DNA of 64,000 bases from Nitrospirota bacterium (GTDB lineage: Bacteria; Nitrospirota; UBA9217). The position numbers and the translations under genes are program-made. The notes below the pieces were generated by a model. It ran no database searches. It saw only the letters and a program-made list of their open reading frames with translations, and was not told the origin of the DNA. Below are positions 1 to 8,841 of this stretch, in pieces. The DNA is taken from NCBI GenBank assembly GCA_963754875.1, contig CAVWHO010000019.1, positions 32,001 through 96,000 of the forward strand, read 5' to 3'. Position 1 is the first letter of the stretch; each line of letters starts with the position of its first letter.

Positions 1-1273
1 CCTTCTTGAACGCGGCGTCGCCGAGTTGCAGCCGCAGCATGTGAAAGAACATGAGCCCCTTGCCGTAGCCGATGGCTTCTGTGGACGGGCTGTGGCGCGA
101 CCGGAACTGTGTGAGCGGGAAGTCCTTGCTTCCCAGCACATAGTCGGCGTACTTTTGGAGCGTGGCCATGCGGTATTCCCTGCCTTCGCCCTGCTGTTCC
201 TTCATGAGGTGGTCCGCGAGATAGGCCGTCAGCCCTTCCGACCAGTTGCCCTGCTCATAGTCGGGATAGACGCTGTTGCCCCACCAGTTGTGCAGGATCT
301 CGTGAGGATAGGAGGTGTTGATGATGAAAGGAAGGCGGATGACCGTGGGCCCCAGGAGCGTGAACGACGGCATGCCGTAGCCTGTTTCCCAGAAGTTCTC
401 GACAAGGGCGAACTTTTTATAGGGGTAGGGGCCGATGAGCTTGCTGTACAGGTCGAGATACCGCGCCGTGGCATAGAGATACCTTTCCGCAAGCGCCTGG
501 TCTGGCGTGCGCAGGAACACCATCGCTTTGGCACGGCCTCCTGGTCTCGCGTACTCGAAGAACCTGTTGGCCGCGAGATAGATCTCTTCCTGCGGTTCCG
601 GTGACATCCAGTGGACAAAGGTCATATTTCCGCCTTGATCGTGGCGAGTGCGCTCTCCCTGGCTGACCGCGTCCCAGCCGGGAGGCAATTGAACCTCCAT
701 AGTAAAGGTCAGCAGACCCGGCCCGAGATCGGGATACCACGATGAGGACCCGGAAAGAAAAACGCCGTTTTCGAAGACGATGCCTGTTTCAAATCCCTGC
801 GCCTGTCCCTTACCCTGGTGTTCAATCGCTTCGTATATGCTCCCTTCATAAGAGACCGTGAAGGCATGAAGCCCGGAAGGAAGGACGACTTTATACAATT
901 CAAGCGGGACAGCTCCGTCCTTCTGACCCAGTCTCACGATCCGCACGAGGGGAGACGAGGGGATCGGTTGGAGCCCGCTGCGGAGAACAAAGGTGAACGT
1001 CTGCGGAAAGTCTTTCGGCAAACTGACCGTATCGATAACGCTGATGAGCCGTTCGTTGGGGGCAAGCGTCACCTTGAGGTCGTGGTGGGGGTAGCCCTCC
1101 TGAGCATGTGCGGCAAGAGGCATTAACGCAATTAAAAAAAACAGCGCCCTCGGCAACAGGACTTTCCGGACACAGCCCCGGTAAAAGCGAAAACTCCGCA
1201 TTTCCCCCCCGCTCCTGTCGCAATTGTTTCCGCGTACGTCTCGATATTCTCTGCTGTTGACTGCACCTGTCAT
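1..1273 (-). CDS. M1 family zinc aminopeptidase, probably exported; 3' end runs off the window
   Basis: Not in the ORF track because there is no stop in the window. Manual translation is open from ATG 1273 (AGAGGAG RBS; alternative ATG about 1201). It has a signal-like segment (ALFFLIALMPLAAHA), ENFWETGYGMPSF, and HEILHNWWGN...EGLT (HExxH...E gluzincin motif). Confidence 0.85.
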   Translation of the reverse strand, partial: MTGAVNSREYRDVRGNNCDRSGGEMRSFRFYRGCVRKVLLPRALFFLIALMPLAAHAQEGYPHHDLKVTLAPNERLISVIDTVSLPKDFPQTFTFVLRSGLQPIPSSPLVRIVRLGQKDGAVPLELYKVVLPSGLHAFTVSYEGSIYEAIEHQGKGQAQGFETGIVFENGVFLSGSSSWYPDLGPGLLTFTMEVQLPPGWDAVSQGERTRHDQGGNMTFVHWMSPEPQEEIYLAANRFFEYARPGGRAKAMVFLRTPDQALAERYLYATARYLDLYSKLIGPYPYKKFALVENFWETGYGMPSFTLLGPTVIRLPFIINTSYPHEILHNWWGNSVYPDYEQGNWSEGLTAYLADHLMKEQQGEGREYRMATLQKYADYVLGSKDFPLTQFRSRHSPSTEAIGYGKGLMFFHMLRLQLGDAAFKK

Positions 1274-1757
1274 AGGAACCACTCCTCTGCTTGCATCTGT
1301 ATGCTCTTTCCCGTCGGCGATAAAGACGTCCGTCTCATGTGCTTATGCGGGTTCGGTCCAGGCTCAGGCCGGTTTCCTTTCGTCCGTCGAGAACGGAAGC
1401 TGTCGAAGACGCTGTTGAAGCGATCTCCGGCTCCCATGGCACAGTATTGATCAATTATAGTCGTAGGCAACAGTGAAGTAAAGGGCCTCTGCCGGGGATC
1501 AGGACAGCAGTCAAATTTCCGGATTCCCGTCCGGATTCCCATCTCCAATTATTCGTGCGAGGAAGACGCTCGCAAAACAGGGCAAAGAGAACTGTGCAAC
1601 AAAGTGCATTGATCGCGGTGTGCCGCTTTTCATCTCCCATAATCATTGAGATTTCGATATACTTTAGCAGAGTGTTGAAAAAGTGTTTCGATCGTTTTGC
1701 CGAGGTCTTCCCGGCGATTTTCACGTCGCGTGAAAGAGGGGGGAATAATCTATTTTT

Positions 1758-2219
1758 ATGCACAGGACAAGCGCCGGCATATTACTTTACAGAAAAGAAA
1801 ATGAAGGATTGCGCGTTTTCCTCATCCATCCCGGCGGGCCCTTTTTTGCGAAGAAGGACGCGGGAATTTGGTCCATTCCGAAAGGCGAGATCGGCAAAGG
1901 CGAGGACCCGCTTGCAGCCGCGCTCAGGGAATTTGAAGAAGAAACCGGATGCAGACCTCGGGGCGCGTTCATTTCTCTTTCGCCCGTCACGCAAAAAGGA
2001 GGCAAGACCGTCATTGCCTGGGCAGCGGAAGGAGGCTGTGATGCGGAAACGATCAGGAGCAATACCTTTACGCTCGAATGGCCGCCCAGGTCCGGCAGGA
2101 CGCAGGAATTCCCGGAAGTGGACCGGGCGGGATGGTTTACCATCGGTGAGGCGAAGCAAAAATTGCATCCCGCTCAGGTCGCGCTCGTGGACGAATTGCT
2201 CGACAAATTGTCATCCTGA
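1758..2219 (+). CDS. NUDIX hydrolase
   Basis: Nudix box GEIGKGEDPLAAALREFEEETG; HPGGPF and FPEVDR motifs. Confidence 0.9.
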   Translation: MHRTSAGILLYRKENEGLRVFLIHPGGPFFAKKDAGIWSIPKGEIGKGEDPLAAALREFEEETGCRPRGAFISLSPVTQKGGKTVIAWAAEGGCDAETIRSNTFTLEWPPRSGRTQEFPEVDRAGWFTIGEAKQKLHPAQVALVDELLDKLSS

Positions 2220-2290
2220 TGCCGATGAGGGGAGCTCAGAATCCCGGAATTGCCACGGCCTAAGGTCACTAATACTTCGCCGGAGTTAAC

Positions 2291-2794
2291 TTGAAGTCAA
2301 AGAGTATGTTTGTAACTACGTTTCTCATTATTTGCGCCCTATGCTTCATTCAAGCTGCGTATTATTATCCCTTGCTCCCGGAAACGGTACCGTCACATTT
2401 CGGAGCATCAGGTCGGCCGGATGCATGGTCGCCCAAAAACTTTTTTGTGACGTTCTATCTCATTACTGTTGCCGTATGCTCTGTTCTCTTTTTAAGTTTG
2501 TCCTTCGGATTGTCCCGTATGCCGGTTTCGCTGATCAATCTGCCTCACAAGGAGTTTTGGCTCGTGCCTGAACGAAAGGAGAAGACTTTCGCGTATCTGT
2601 CCCAATACTTTCTTCTGTTTGCATCAGCCACCCTATTGCTCCTTTTCGATGTTTTTCATCAGTCTTTTCAGGTTGCTCTTGGCAAAGCGCAGGCGCTTTC
2701 CCACCCGTTGGTTAGTCTTGTTGTTTATCTCGCGTTGATATCGGTATGGACCATTCGAATGGTCGTCAAATTCAGCAGCACTCACACTGCATGA
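2291..2794 (+). CDS. DUF1648-type membrane protein
   Basis: YYPLLPETVPSHFGASGRPDAW motif and about four hydrophobic helices. Confidence 0.75.
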   Translation: MKSKSMFVTTFLIICALCFIQAAYYYPLLPETVPSHFGASGRPDAWSPKNFFVTFYLITVAVCSVLFLSLSFGLSRMPVSLINLPHKEFWLVPERKEKTFAYLSQYFLLFASATLLLLFDVFHQSFQVALGKAQALSHPLVSLVVYLALISVWTIRMVVKFSSTHTA

Positions 2795-3054
2795 CGTGAA
2801 AATGCTAAATGGAGGCTGATCCCGTCCCGTATTCTGAATAGCTTATCGGATAAGGTGGTTTAAAACTTTAAATAAGCTGAAAAAAAGTTTAGGCGGATTT
2901 TAAAACTTCGTTGACAGGACGTTTTTTCAATGATAATGTTCCCCCATGTTGCGCCGTATAGTGTCCATTGCCCTTCCATTCATTGACGGACTGCGCTATC
3001 TTGCTTTTATAATCGGTATACGAATATTCGGAAAGAGGAGGACCTGGACTGGTC

Positions 3055-3756
3055 ATGAAAAAAATTATCATCGCCGAAACGCTTAAACTGATGCTGCACA
3101 AAGAAGAAGGCTTTCTTCGCAGGAATGGGGTGACCGTGTTCACCGCGGCAACGAACGACGATATCCTTGCCCTTCATCAGGCGGAGAACGCAAACCTCAT
3201 CATCACACAGCTCGACATGCCCGGAATCAGCAGCGAACAGCTGTGTTCCACGATCAGGAAAGACGGGCGCTTGCGCTGGGTCTCCCTCCTTCTCCTTTGC
3301 AGTGACACGGCAGCAGGCCGGGAGCGCGCCTCGCGTTGCAATCCGAACGCGGTTCTCACGCATCCGTTTGACGTGCATGCGCTCCTGGATAAGGCGCAGC
3401 AGCTCTTGGACATTCCCTGGCGGGGGGCCTTTCGGGTCCTCCTGAGCGTGAACATCGAGGGGAACAGCAAGGAAAAGGCTTTTTTCTGCAAGTCGGAGAA
3501 CATTAGTGCTTCTGGCTTCCTGATAGAAACAGACCGTACTCTCGTAAAAGGTGATCACGTGACCTGCTCGTTCTTTTTGCCTGATTCCCGGCAGCTCGTT
3601 GCCCATGGCGAAGTCGTCAGGGCACTCACACAGACCACGCAGAAGTCCCTCAACCGCTACGGCATCAAGTTTTTCGAACTTGCACCCGAGGTCAAAACGG
3701 CAATCGAAGCTTTTGTTGAAAAAAAATACCAGCAGTCTTTTTGGAAGCCGGCCTGA
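3055..3756 (+). CDS. Atypical receiver domain fused to a PilZ domain
   Basis: REC-like N-terminus (LIITQLDMP); PilZ motifs RGAFR and NISASG; GAGGAGG RBS. Confidence 0.85.
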   Translation: MKKIIIAETLKLMLHKEEGFLRRNGVTVFTAATNDDILALHQAENANLIITQLDMPGISSEQLCSTIRKDGRLRWVSLLLLCSDTAAGRERASRCNPNAVLTHPFDVHALLDKAQQLLDIPWRGAFRVLLSVNIEGNSKEKAFFCKSENISASGFLIETDRTLVKGDHVTCSFFLPDSRQLVAHGEVVRALTQTTQKSLNRYGIKFFELAPEVKTAIEAFVEKKYQQSFWKPA

Positions 3757-3862
3757 TCGGCCGGGACCGGTAAGAGGATCGCTTTTCCGGCCCTTTCCCA
3801 TGACCCTGCCGTTTGACTGGGAACACTCCTGCGGAGAATTCTTCAATCTGCGTTTCCCCTCC

Positions 3863-3891
3863 TTGACAGCGATATGACTCGGTGGTATCTT
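3863..3891 (+). promoter_or_regulatory. Sigma70-type promoter
   Basis: TTGACA-17 nt-TATCTT with TG extension. Confidence 0.6.
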
Positions 3892-3963
3892 AAAATAAGA
3901 TAGGATTTGTCCTGATAAGCCAGGAATATTCCATGGCACTGGCTGGAAAGTCTCCCGGGGGGA

Positions 3964-4042
3964 AAACCGGCATAAAGGACCAGAGACGGGGAACGGCTCC
4001 ATACCGGCTTCGTTTCTCATCTGAAGTGCCGGTTTGTTTTTT
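3964..4042 (+). terminator. Long hairpin plus T-tract in a 5' leader (possible attenuator)
   Basis: AAACCGGCA (3964-3972) pairs with TGCCGGTTT (4027-4035); inner GAGACGGGG/CTTCGTTTC stem; followed by GTTTTTT. Confidence 0.45.
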
Positions 4043-4081
4043 GAGGAATGAAGGCGGGCCCCGGAGGACAAGGAGGTCATG

Positions 4082-4528
4082 ATGTCATATGCACGAAAAA
4101 CAGGGACGTCGAGCATAACCGATAAAATGGTTACGATCCGGCACGCGACGGACACGGACCGGGTGCGGGTAGAAGAATATCTTGCGAAACACGGGAAGAG
4201 CCAAAACCTTGCCGATGCCGAGGTCGTGATCGCGGCAGAAGATGAACGCATCATCGGATTTGGAATCATGAAAAAAGAGCAGGACGCAGGATGTGTATCG
4301 CTTTTCGAGGACAGCAGGCGGAAAGGGATCGGCTCGCCGATCGTGAAGCACCTCCTGTCCGACGAGCCTTTGAAGAAGGTCTACGCGGCGCATTATGCGA
4401 GCTATTTCACTAATTCCGACTTTGCGCGGGCAAAGCAGCAGCATGCCGCCCGATCGCGAAAGGGCGGCGCGCCCTGCCGCATGCCGTTGATGGAACGTAT
4501 GGCTATTCCGGCATATGAAAAACCGTAG
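4082..4528 (+). CDS. GNAT-family acetyltransferase-like protein
   Basis: IRHATDTD...IIGFG...RRKGIGS acetyl-CoA-binding-like motif; AGGAGG RBS. Confidence 0.65.
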   Translation: MSYARKTGTSSITDKMVTIRHATDTDRVRVEEYLAKHGKSQNLADAEVVIAAEDERIIGFGIMKKEQDAGCVSLFEDSRRKGIGSPIVKHLLSDEPLKKVYAAHYASYFTNSDFARAKQQHAARSRKGGAPCRMPLMERMAIPAYEKP

Positions 4529-4547
4529 CTTGCCGGGGGAGCAGGCG

Positions 4548-5480
4548 ATGAAAGAACATGTCTATGACTGTATCATCATCGGCGCCGGGCCCGGGGGGCT
4601 GCAGGCCGCCATTTATCTCGGCAGGTACAACCGGGACGTCCTGCTTCTCGACCGCAGCGGCGGGAGGACATGGCACGCACGGCGGATCGAAAATGTTCTC
4701 ACTCACCGGGAAATAGCGGGAAACGAAATTATCGAGCGCGGGATGGAGCAGGCGAGGAGCTTCAACGTCCGCATCGAACGGAAGCTCGTCGTGACCGTGC
4801 AAAAGGACGGTGTGTTCATCGTATCAACAGCGGAAATGGTCTACCGGTCCCGCTATATAATTGTTGCGTCAGGCGTGTATGATATCCTTCCGCCCATCGA
4901 AAATATCTTCCGGTTCCTGGGCATCAGCTACTTTACGTGCATTGATTGCGACGGACATAAGACCACGAACAAACGCACCATCGTGATGGGGGACCATCTT
5001 GAGAGCGTGAATATTGCCCTTGCGATGAAGCAGATGTTTACCAAGGACCTCACGTATATTCCGTACCGGTTCAGCTTGCCTGATGCTGCGGAGGAAGTGC
5101 TGGAGGAGGAAGGGATCAAGGTCGTCACGGTCGATCCGGTGAGGATCATCGGCGAGCAGGAGATGGAGGCCCTCGAACTTAGGAGCGGGAACAGCGTGCC
5201 CTGCGAGGCGATCATGGCTTCATTCGGAATCAAATTGAACGATCAGTTTTTAACGGATCTGCCTCTCAAGAAGGACTCCCTGGGATTCAAATACGTCGTC
5301 AACAATGCCTACGAATCGTCGATGCGGGGGCTCTACATCGTAGGCCCCCTGAACACCGGCCAGGACCAGGTCGTGATTTCTGCAGGCGAAGGGGCCGTGG
5401 CCGCCATCGACATCAACAAGCGGCTTTTGGAAGAGAATTATGTGAGCAAGGAAAGGGCCGTGGAAGCAGGGTCCCGCTGA
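4548..5480 (+). CDS. Thioredoxin-reductase-like FAD-dependent oxidoreductase
   Basis: IIIGAGPGGLQAA FAD motif, CIDC redox motif, C-terminal GLYIVG...SAGEGAVAA. Confidence 0.9.
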   Translation: MKEHVYDCIIIGAGPGGLQAAIYLGRYNRDVLLLDRSGGRTWHARRIENVLTHREIAGNEIIERGMEQARSFNVRIERKLVVTVQKDGVFIVSTAEMVYRSRYIIVASGVYDILPPIENIFRFLGISYFTCIDCDGHKTTNKRTIVMGDHLESVNIALAMKQMFTKDLTYIPYRFSLPDAAEEVLEEEGIKVVTVDPVRIIGEQEMEALELRSGNSVPCEAIMASFGIKLNDQFLTDLPLKKDSLGFKYVVNNAYESSMRGLYIVGPLNTGQDQVVISAGEGAVAAIDINKRLLEENYVSKERAVEAGSR

Positions 5481-5496
5481 TAATGACGTGCTGTTG

Positions 5497-6357
5497 CTAA
5501 AAACCGTTCTTCTGCAGCAGAAAAACAACGAACGAAGCGCAAAGGCAGTAGATGCCGAAAAAATGCCAACGGCCGCGTTCCAGCCAGCTTGAAAGCCAGC
5601 GAAGGGCAACAAGTCCGGCGACAAAGCTCAATACCATACCCAGAAGACTAGGATAAAAAAGACCTGCCGTGCCGGTGAAGTTCAACGAAGACGTATGTTG
5701 TGCCTTCAGCAATCGCAAGACTTCCCGTGCGATGACCGGCGGCGTCAGAACGACGGCAAGGGCGAAACTGAACTCCTCGGCCCGCGCTTTTGCGATCCCC
5801 AGCAGGAGCCCCGTGGATATCGTTGCCCCGGAACGCGAGAACCCGCGAAAGGGCAGGCAGATGCCCTGCACGACTCCGATCAGCGAGGATCCCTTCACAT
5901 CCAACGAATTTTTTCCGACAGCACCACGGCTTCTCCGGCCGGCAACGATGATCAATATCCCCACGACTGCAAGCGATGCGGAGATCAAGGTCAGGTTGCC
6001 GAACAATAGCTCGATCTCCGCATGGGCATGGCCTGCCATGAAGAATTTCTCGATTATGTATTTCAACGATAAACCCACAACGCCCGTCAGGCCGGTGGCG
6101 ATTATGATGAGCTTCACGGAGGCCCAAAAAACCTGTTGTGAGGCAAAGAAGCTTACCTTCCATGATTTCCAAAAATAAAAGATGACCGCGAACATCGTGC
6201 CGGTGTGCAGCATCACCAGGAGAAGCGTCATTTCCGGGCTCGTAGGGTCGAGCCCCATCAATTTTTCGGCAACGATGACGTGGGCTGAACTGGAGACCGG
6301 CAAGAGCTCGGCCGCCCCCTGGACAACGGCAAGTACGAGAATCTGAAATAGCGTCAT
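5497..6357 (-). CDS. uppP: Undecaprenyl-diphosphate phosphatase (BacA family)
   Basis: QGAAELLPVSSSAH and GFSRSGATI motifs; multiple TM helices. Confidence 0.92.
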   Translation of the reverse strand: MTLFQILVLAVVQGAAELLPVSSSAHVIVAEKLMGLDPTSPEMTLLLVMLHTGTMFAVIFYFWKSWKVSFFASQQVFWASVKLIIIATGLTGVVGLSLKYIIEKFFMAGHAHAEIELLFGNLTLISASLAVVGILIIVAGRRSRGAVGKNSLDVKGSSLIGVVQGICLPFRGFSRSGATISTGLLLGIAKARAEEFSFALAVVLTPPVIAREVLRLLKAQHTSSLNFTGTAGLFYPSLLGMVLSFVAGLVALRWLSSWLERGRWHFFGIYCLCASFVVFLLQKNGF

Positions 6358-6475
6358 GTGGCAACCTCGATTCGATTAATTATGAAAACATGTAACCACG
6401 GGTCTCGATAAAGCCGGGATGCACGGATGAATACGGCCTGAAATGGTTTTTAAAGGCAACAGTTGCAGCCTCATT

Positions 6476-8209
6476 TTAGTATGCAAAGTAGGGAGCCCTA
6501 CCTAGGCTTTCTATTCCTACGTATATGTTTCGGCCGAAATAAAACGGGAGCCCCCAGTCGAACCAGACCGAAGTATAACCGCCAATATTGGAGAATACCT
6601 GGTTGGTTGGCGAACTCGTAAGGCTGACGAAATTATCAACCTGGAAGAAAACATCGATGCCCGGTGACCCGGCTGAGGCCCCGGAATTTGTTGCGGATAG
6701 TGTTACGGGGGACGGGGATGGACAGAACCAGGGCGAAGCAGAGCTACAGATCGGAAGCTGGACTAATGACGGCGGTGTGAAAAAAAGTCCGTTCGAGCCG
6801 CTGTCTACGATGCTGCCATAGAGTTTTCCGTTAAGAATCGTGCGGATTTGGCCGAACTGGTCCGCGTTGTAAGTAGTAACATTGGCAGGGGGCGTATTGT
6901 TCGTACTGGTCCCGATCCCGAGCACAAGGATACCATTGACCGAGGGTGCCCCGCTCGTTGGAGCGGTCGGCAGCTGAACGATCACACCGTTGTTGTCTGT
7001 GGGCAGACTCACTACGGGATTTGTAACCTGATTGGAAAGAGGAACCGTAACAGGGCTGCAGACTGCTCCGTTACATGAATAATATACCCCGATTGCGCCG
7101 GTCTCGCATTTAGAACCACAGTCTTGGGGGAAGACGCCGACGCCGAGTATGCCGTTAAATCCCGCAGCTGCCGGATTCAGGTCAGGACTACCGCATGACG
7201 AGGGGACAGTACCGAAGGTGGCATCGATGACCTGGATCGGGACGTTGACTGCCCGCTCGCTGTCGCTACCCAGGACTACGTCAGCTAATTTCACCGGCCC
7301 CCAGTCAGTTGAGCCATCACCGAACCGGGCGCAGTTGGCCAGAAAGCCCGAACCGCTTGCTACTGTTGGTAGAGAAACAGTCAAAAGGGTCGGCGTCGCG
7401 TTCGAGAATATCCGCAGGCCATAGCTTCCCGTATCCAGAAGGATGTCATCGATCGTTTGGCATGTTGTCGTTCCTGGTGTACAGACCTTGACGGTGACGC
7501 AGGGTTTGTTAAGGTAGCCGCTGGACGTGTTTGCGTTGCAGAGAGAACCATTTACCGTTATAGGCATCACATTAACGGCAACAGCGGGTGTCCCGCCGGT
7601 GACTGTCAGTGTTGTAGCTGCCGAGACGCTTCCTGATTTAGCCATTATTATCGTCATTCCGGCGGCAGCGGCAGTGACCAGGCCAGAGCCGCTGATAGTT
7701 GCAGCATCGGTGGTCGATGAACTCCAGGTTGCAGATATTGTAAGGTCCTGAGTGGAGCTGTCCGAGTACGTACCGGTGGCAGTAAACTGCTGCGTTGTGC
7801 CCATCGGAATGCTCAGGTCCGCCGGCGTAACCTCAATGGATACGAGCGCTGGTGCGGTCACTGTCAGGGTTATGGAATTGGAGGTAATATTCCCTGACGT
7901 GGCCGTAATGGTCGCAGTGCCCGTGGATTTTGAACTAGAACTAACGAGTCCGGCGTTGCTGATGGTTGCGACAGCCGTGTTTGATGAACTCCAGGTCACC
8001 GATGCAGTTATGTCCTTATTGGATGAATTCGAGAAAGTCCCCCGGGCAATAAACTGCTCGGTCAGTCCAAGGGCAATGCTCGGATTTGACGGCGTCACCG
8101 CGATGGATACCAGCGTTGGTGAAGGCGTGCTCGACCCTCCTCCTGTGCTGCCGCAACTCGTGAGCAATATAATAATCAGGAATAAAAAGGGCACTCTATT
8201 TGATTTCAT
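6476..8209 (-). CDS. DUF3443-family lipoprotein with two N-terminal Ig-like (Big_2) repeats
   Basis: Lipobox LTSC; two VSI(A/E)VTP...QF.A.GT(F/Y)S..TWSSS repeats; DUF3443-type NKPCVTVKVCTPG, LLDTGSYGLR, NGILGVG and FDWGLPFYFGR. Confidence 0.85.
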   Translation of the reverse strand: MKSNRVPFLFLIIILLTSCGSTGGGSSTPSPTLVSIAVTPSNPSIALGLTEQFIARGTFSNSSNKDITASVTWSSSNTAVATISNAGLVSSSSKSTGTATITATSGNITSNSITLTVTAPALVSIEVTPADLSIPMGTTQQFTATGTYSDSSTQDLTISATWSSSTTDAATISGSGLVTAAAAGMTIIMAKSGSVSAATTLTVTGGTPAVAVNVMPITVNGSLCNANTSSGYLNKPCVTVKVCTPGTTTCQTIDDILLDTGSYGLRIFSNATPTLLTVSLPTVASGSGFLANCARFGDGSTDWGPVKLADVVLGSDSERAVNVPIQVIDATFGTVPSSCGSPDLNPAAAGFNGILGVGVFPQDCGSKCETGAIGVYYSCNGAVCSPVTVPLSNQVTNPVVSLPTDNNGVIVQLPTAPTSGAPSVNGILVLGIGTSTNNTPPANVTTYNADQFGQIRTILNGKLYGSIVDSGSNGLFFTPPSLVQLPICSSASPWFCPSPSPVTLSATNSGASAGSPGIDVFFQVDNFVSLTSSPTNQVFSNIGGYTSVWFDWGLPFYFGRNIYVGIESLGRAPYFAY

Positions 8210-8669
8210 CGATTATCACCCCTGGAGGGACCAATGCAGGCACATAAGCCCGGCCTTGCAGGTTCCGCATGTGCCCCCATGTCTCCACAACCACGCGGTT
8301 TGTTTTCACCTGCTGGGACCGTCGGCCGTGCTTACGGGGCATCTGACGTCGGGCCTCCCGGTATTCCCCTGAGTAGGAACCGAGAAGCTGTGTCAGATCA
8401 GGGTTGACCATACCGTTCCAAGCGACGGCGAAGACGATGCCGGAGGGTGATATATATTCCCGAACAGTAACTGCATCGGACTCAACCTGTTGAACTGTGT
8501 AGTTTGCATGGGTCGTCGTCGCAGCGCTCCGTATGGCTGAGAGGGCATTTCGGTCCGCCGCAACCGAGTCAGCGGGTTCTCCGAGTACTGCTTCGGCGGG
8601 TGGGGCCGCCGCGAGAACGGCAGTGAACAGGCTTAAGCCGAGAACCACGGCGTAATGCGTTCTTTTCAT
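8196..8669 (-). CDS. DUF2844-family exported protein
   Basis: Signal peptide ending AEA; VREY..SGIVFAVAWNG..PDLTQLLG and GHMR..GRAYVP motifs; GGAGG RBS; overlaps the DUF3443 start. Confidence 0.85.
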   Translation of the reverse strand: MKRTHYAVVLGLSLFTAVLAAAPPAEAVLGEPADSVAADRNALSAIRSAATTTHANYTVQQVESDAVTVREYISPSGIVFAVAWNGMVNPDLTQLLGSYSGEYREARRQMPRKHGRRSQQVKTNRVVVETWGHMRNLQGRAYVPALVPPGVIIDEIK

Positions 8670-8841
8670 GATCAAAGGGTCACCTCCCGCTTTTCTGACT
8701 GCCACTACAAGAACCGGCATTTTCTCGGCACGTCCCCGATAACACAGCCGGCTTTCCGGTTTTTTCCCTTCAATGATACAATGTATCCCATCAACAATTC
8801 AAGATAAATATCATCAATGTAGCGCATCACAGGGCAAAATG

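Noticed and set aside
26..604. 192-aa plus-strand ORF
   Set aside because: Opposite the M1 peptidase, which has the real catalytic motifs
1141..1223. Hairpin-rich segment considered as a c-di-GMP riboswitch
   Set aside because: Lies inside the peptidase N-terminal coding region and lacks the consensus motifs
3007..4269. 420-aa minus-strand ORF
   Set aside because: Overlaps two well-supported plus-strand genes and a promoter; no domain signature
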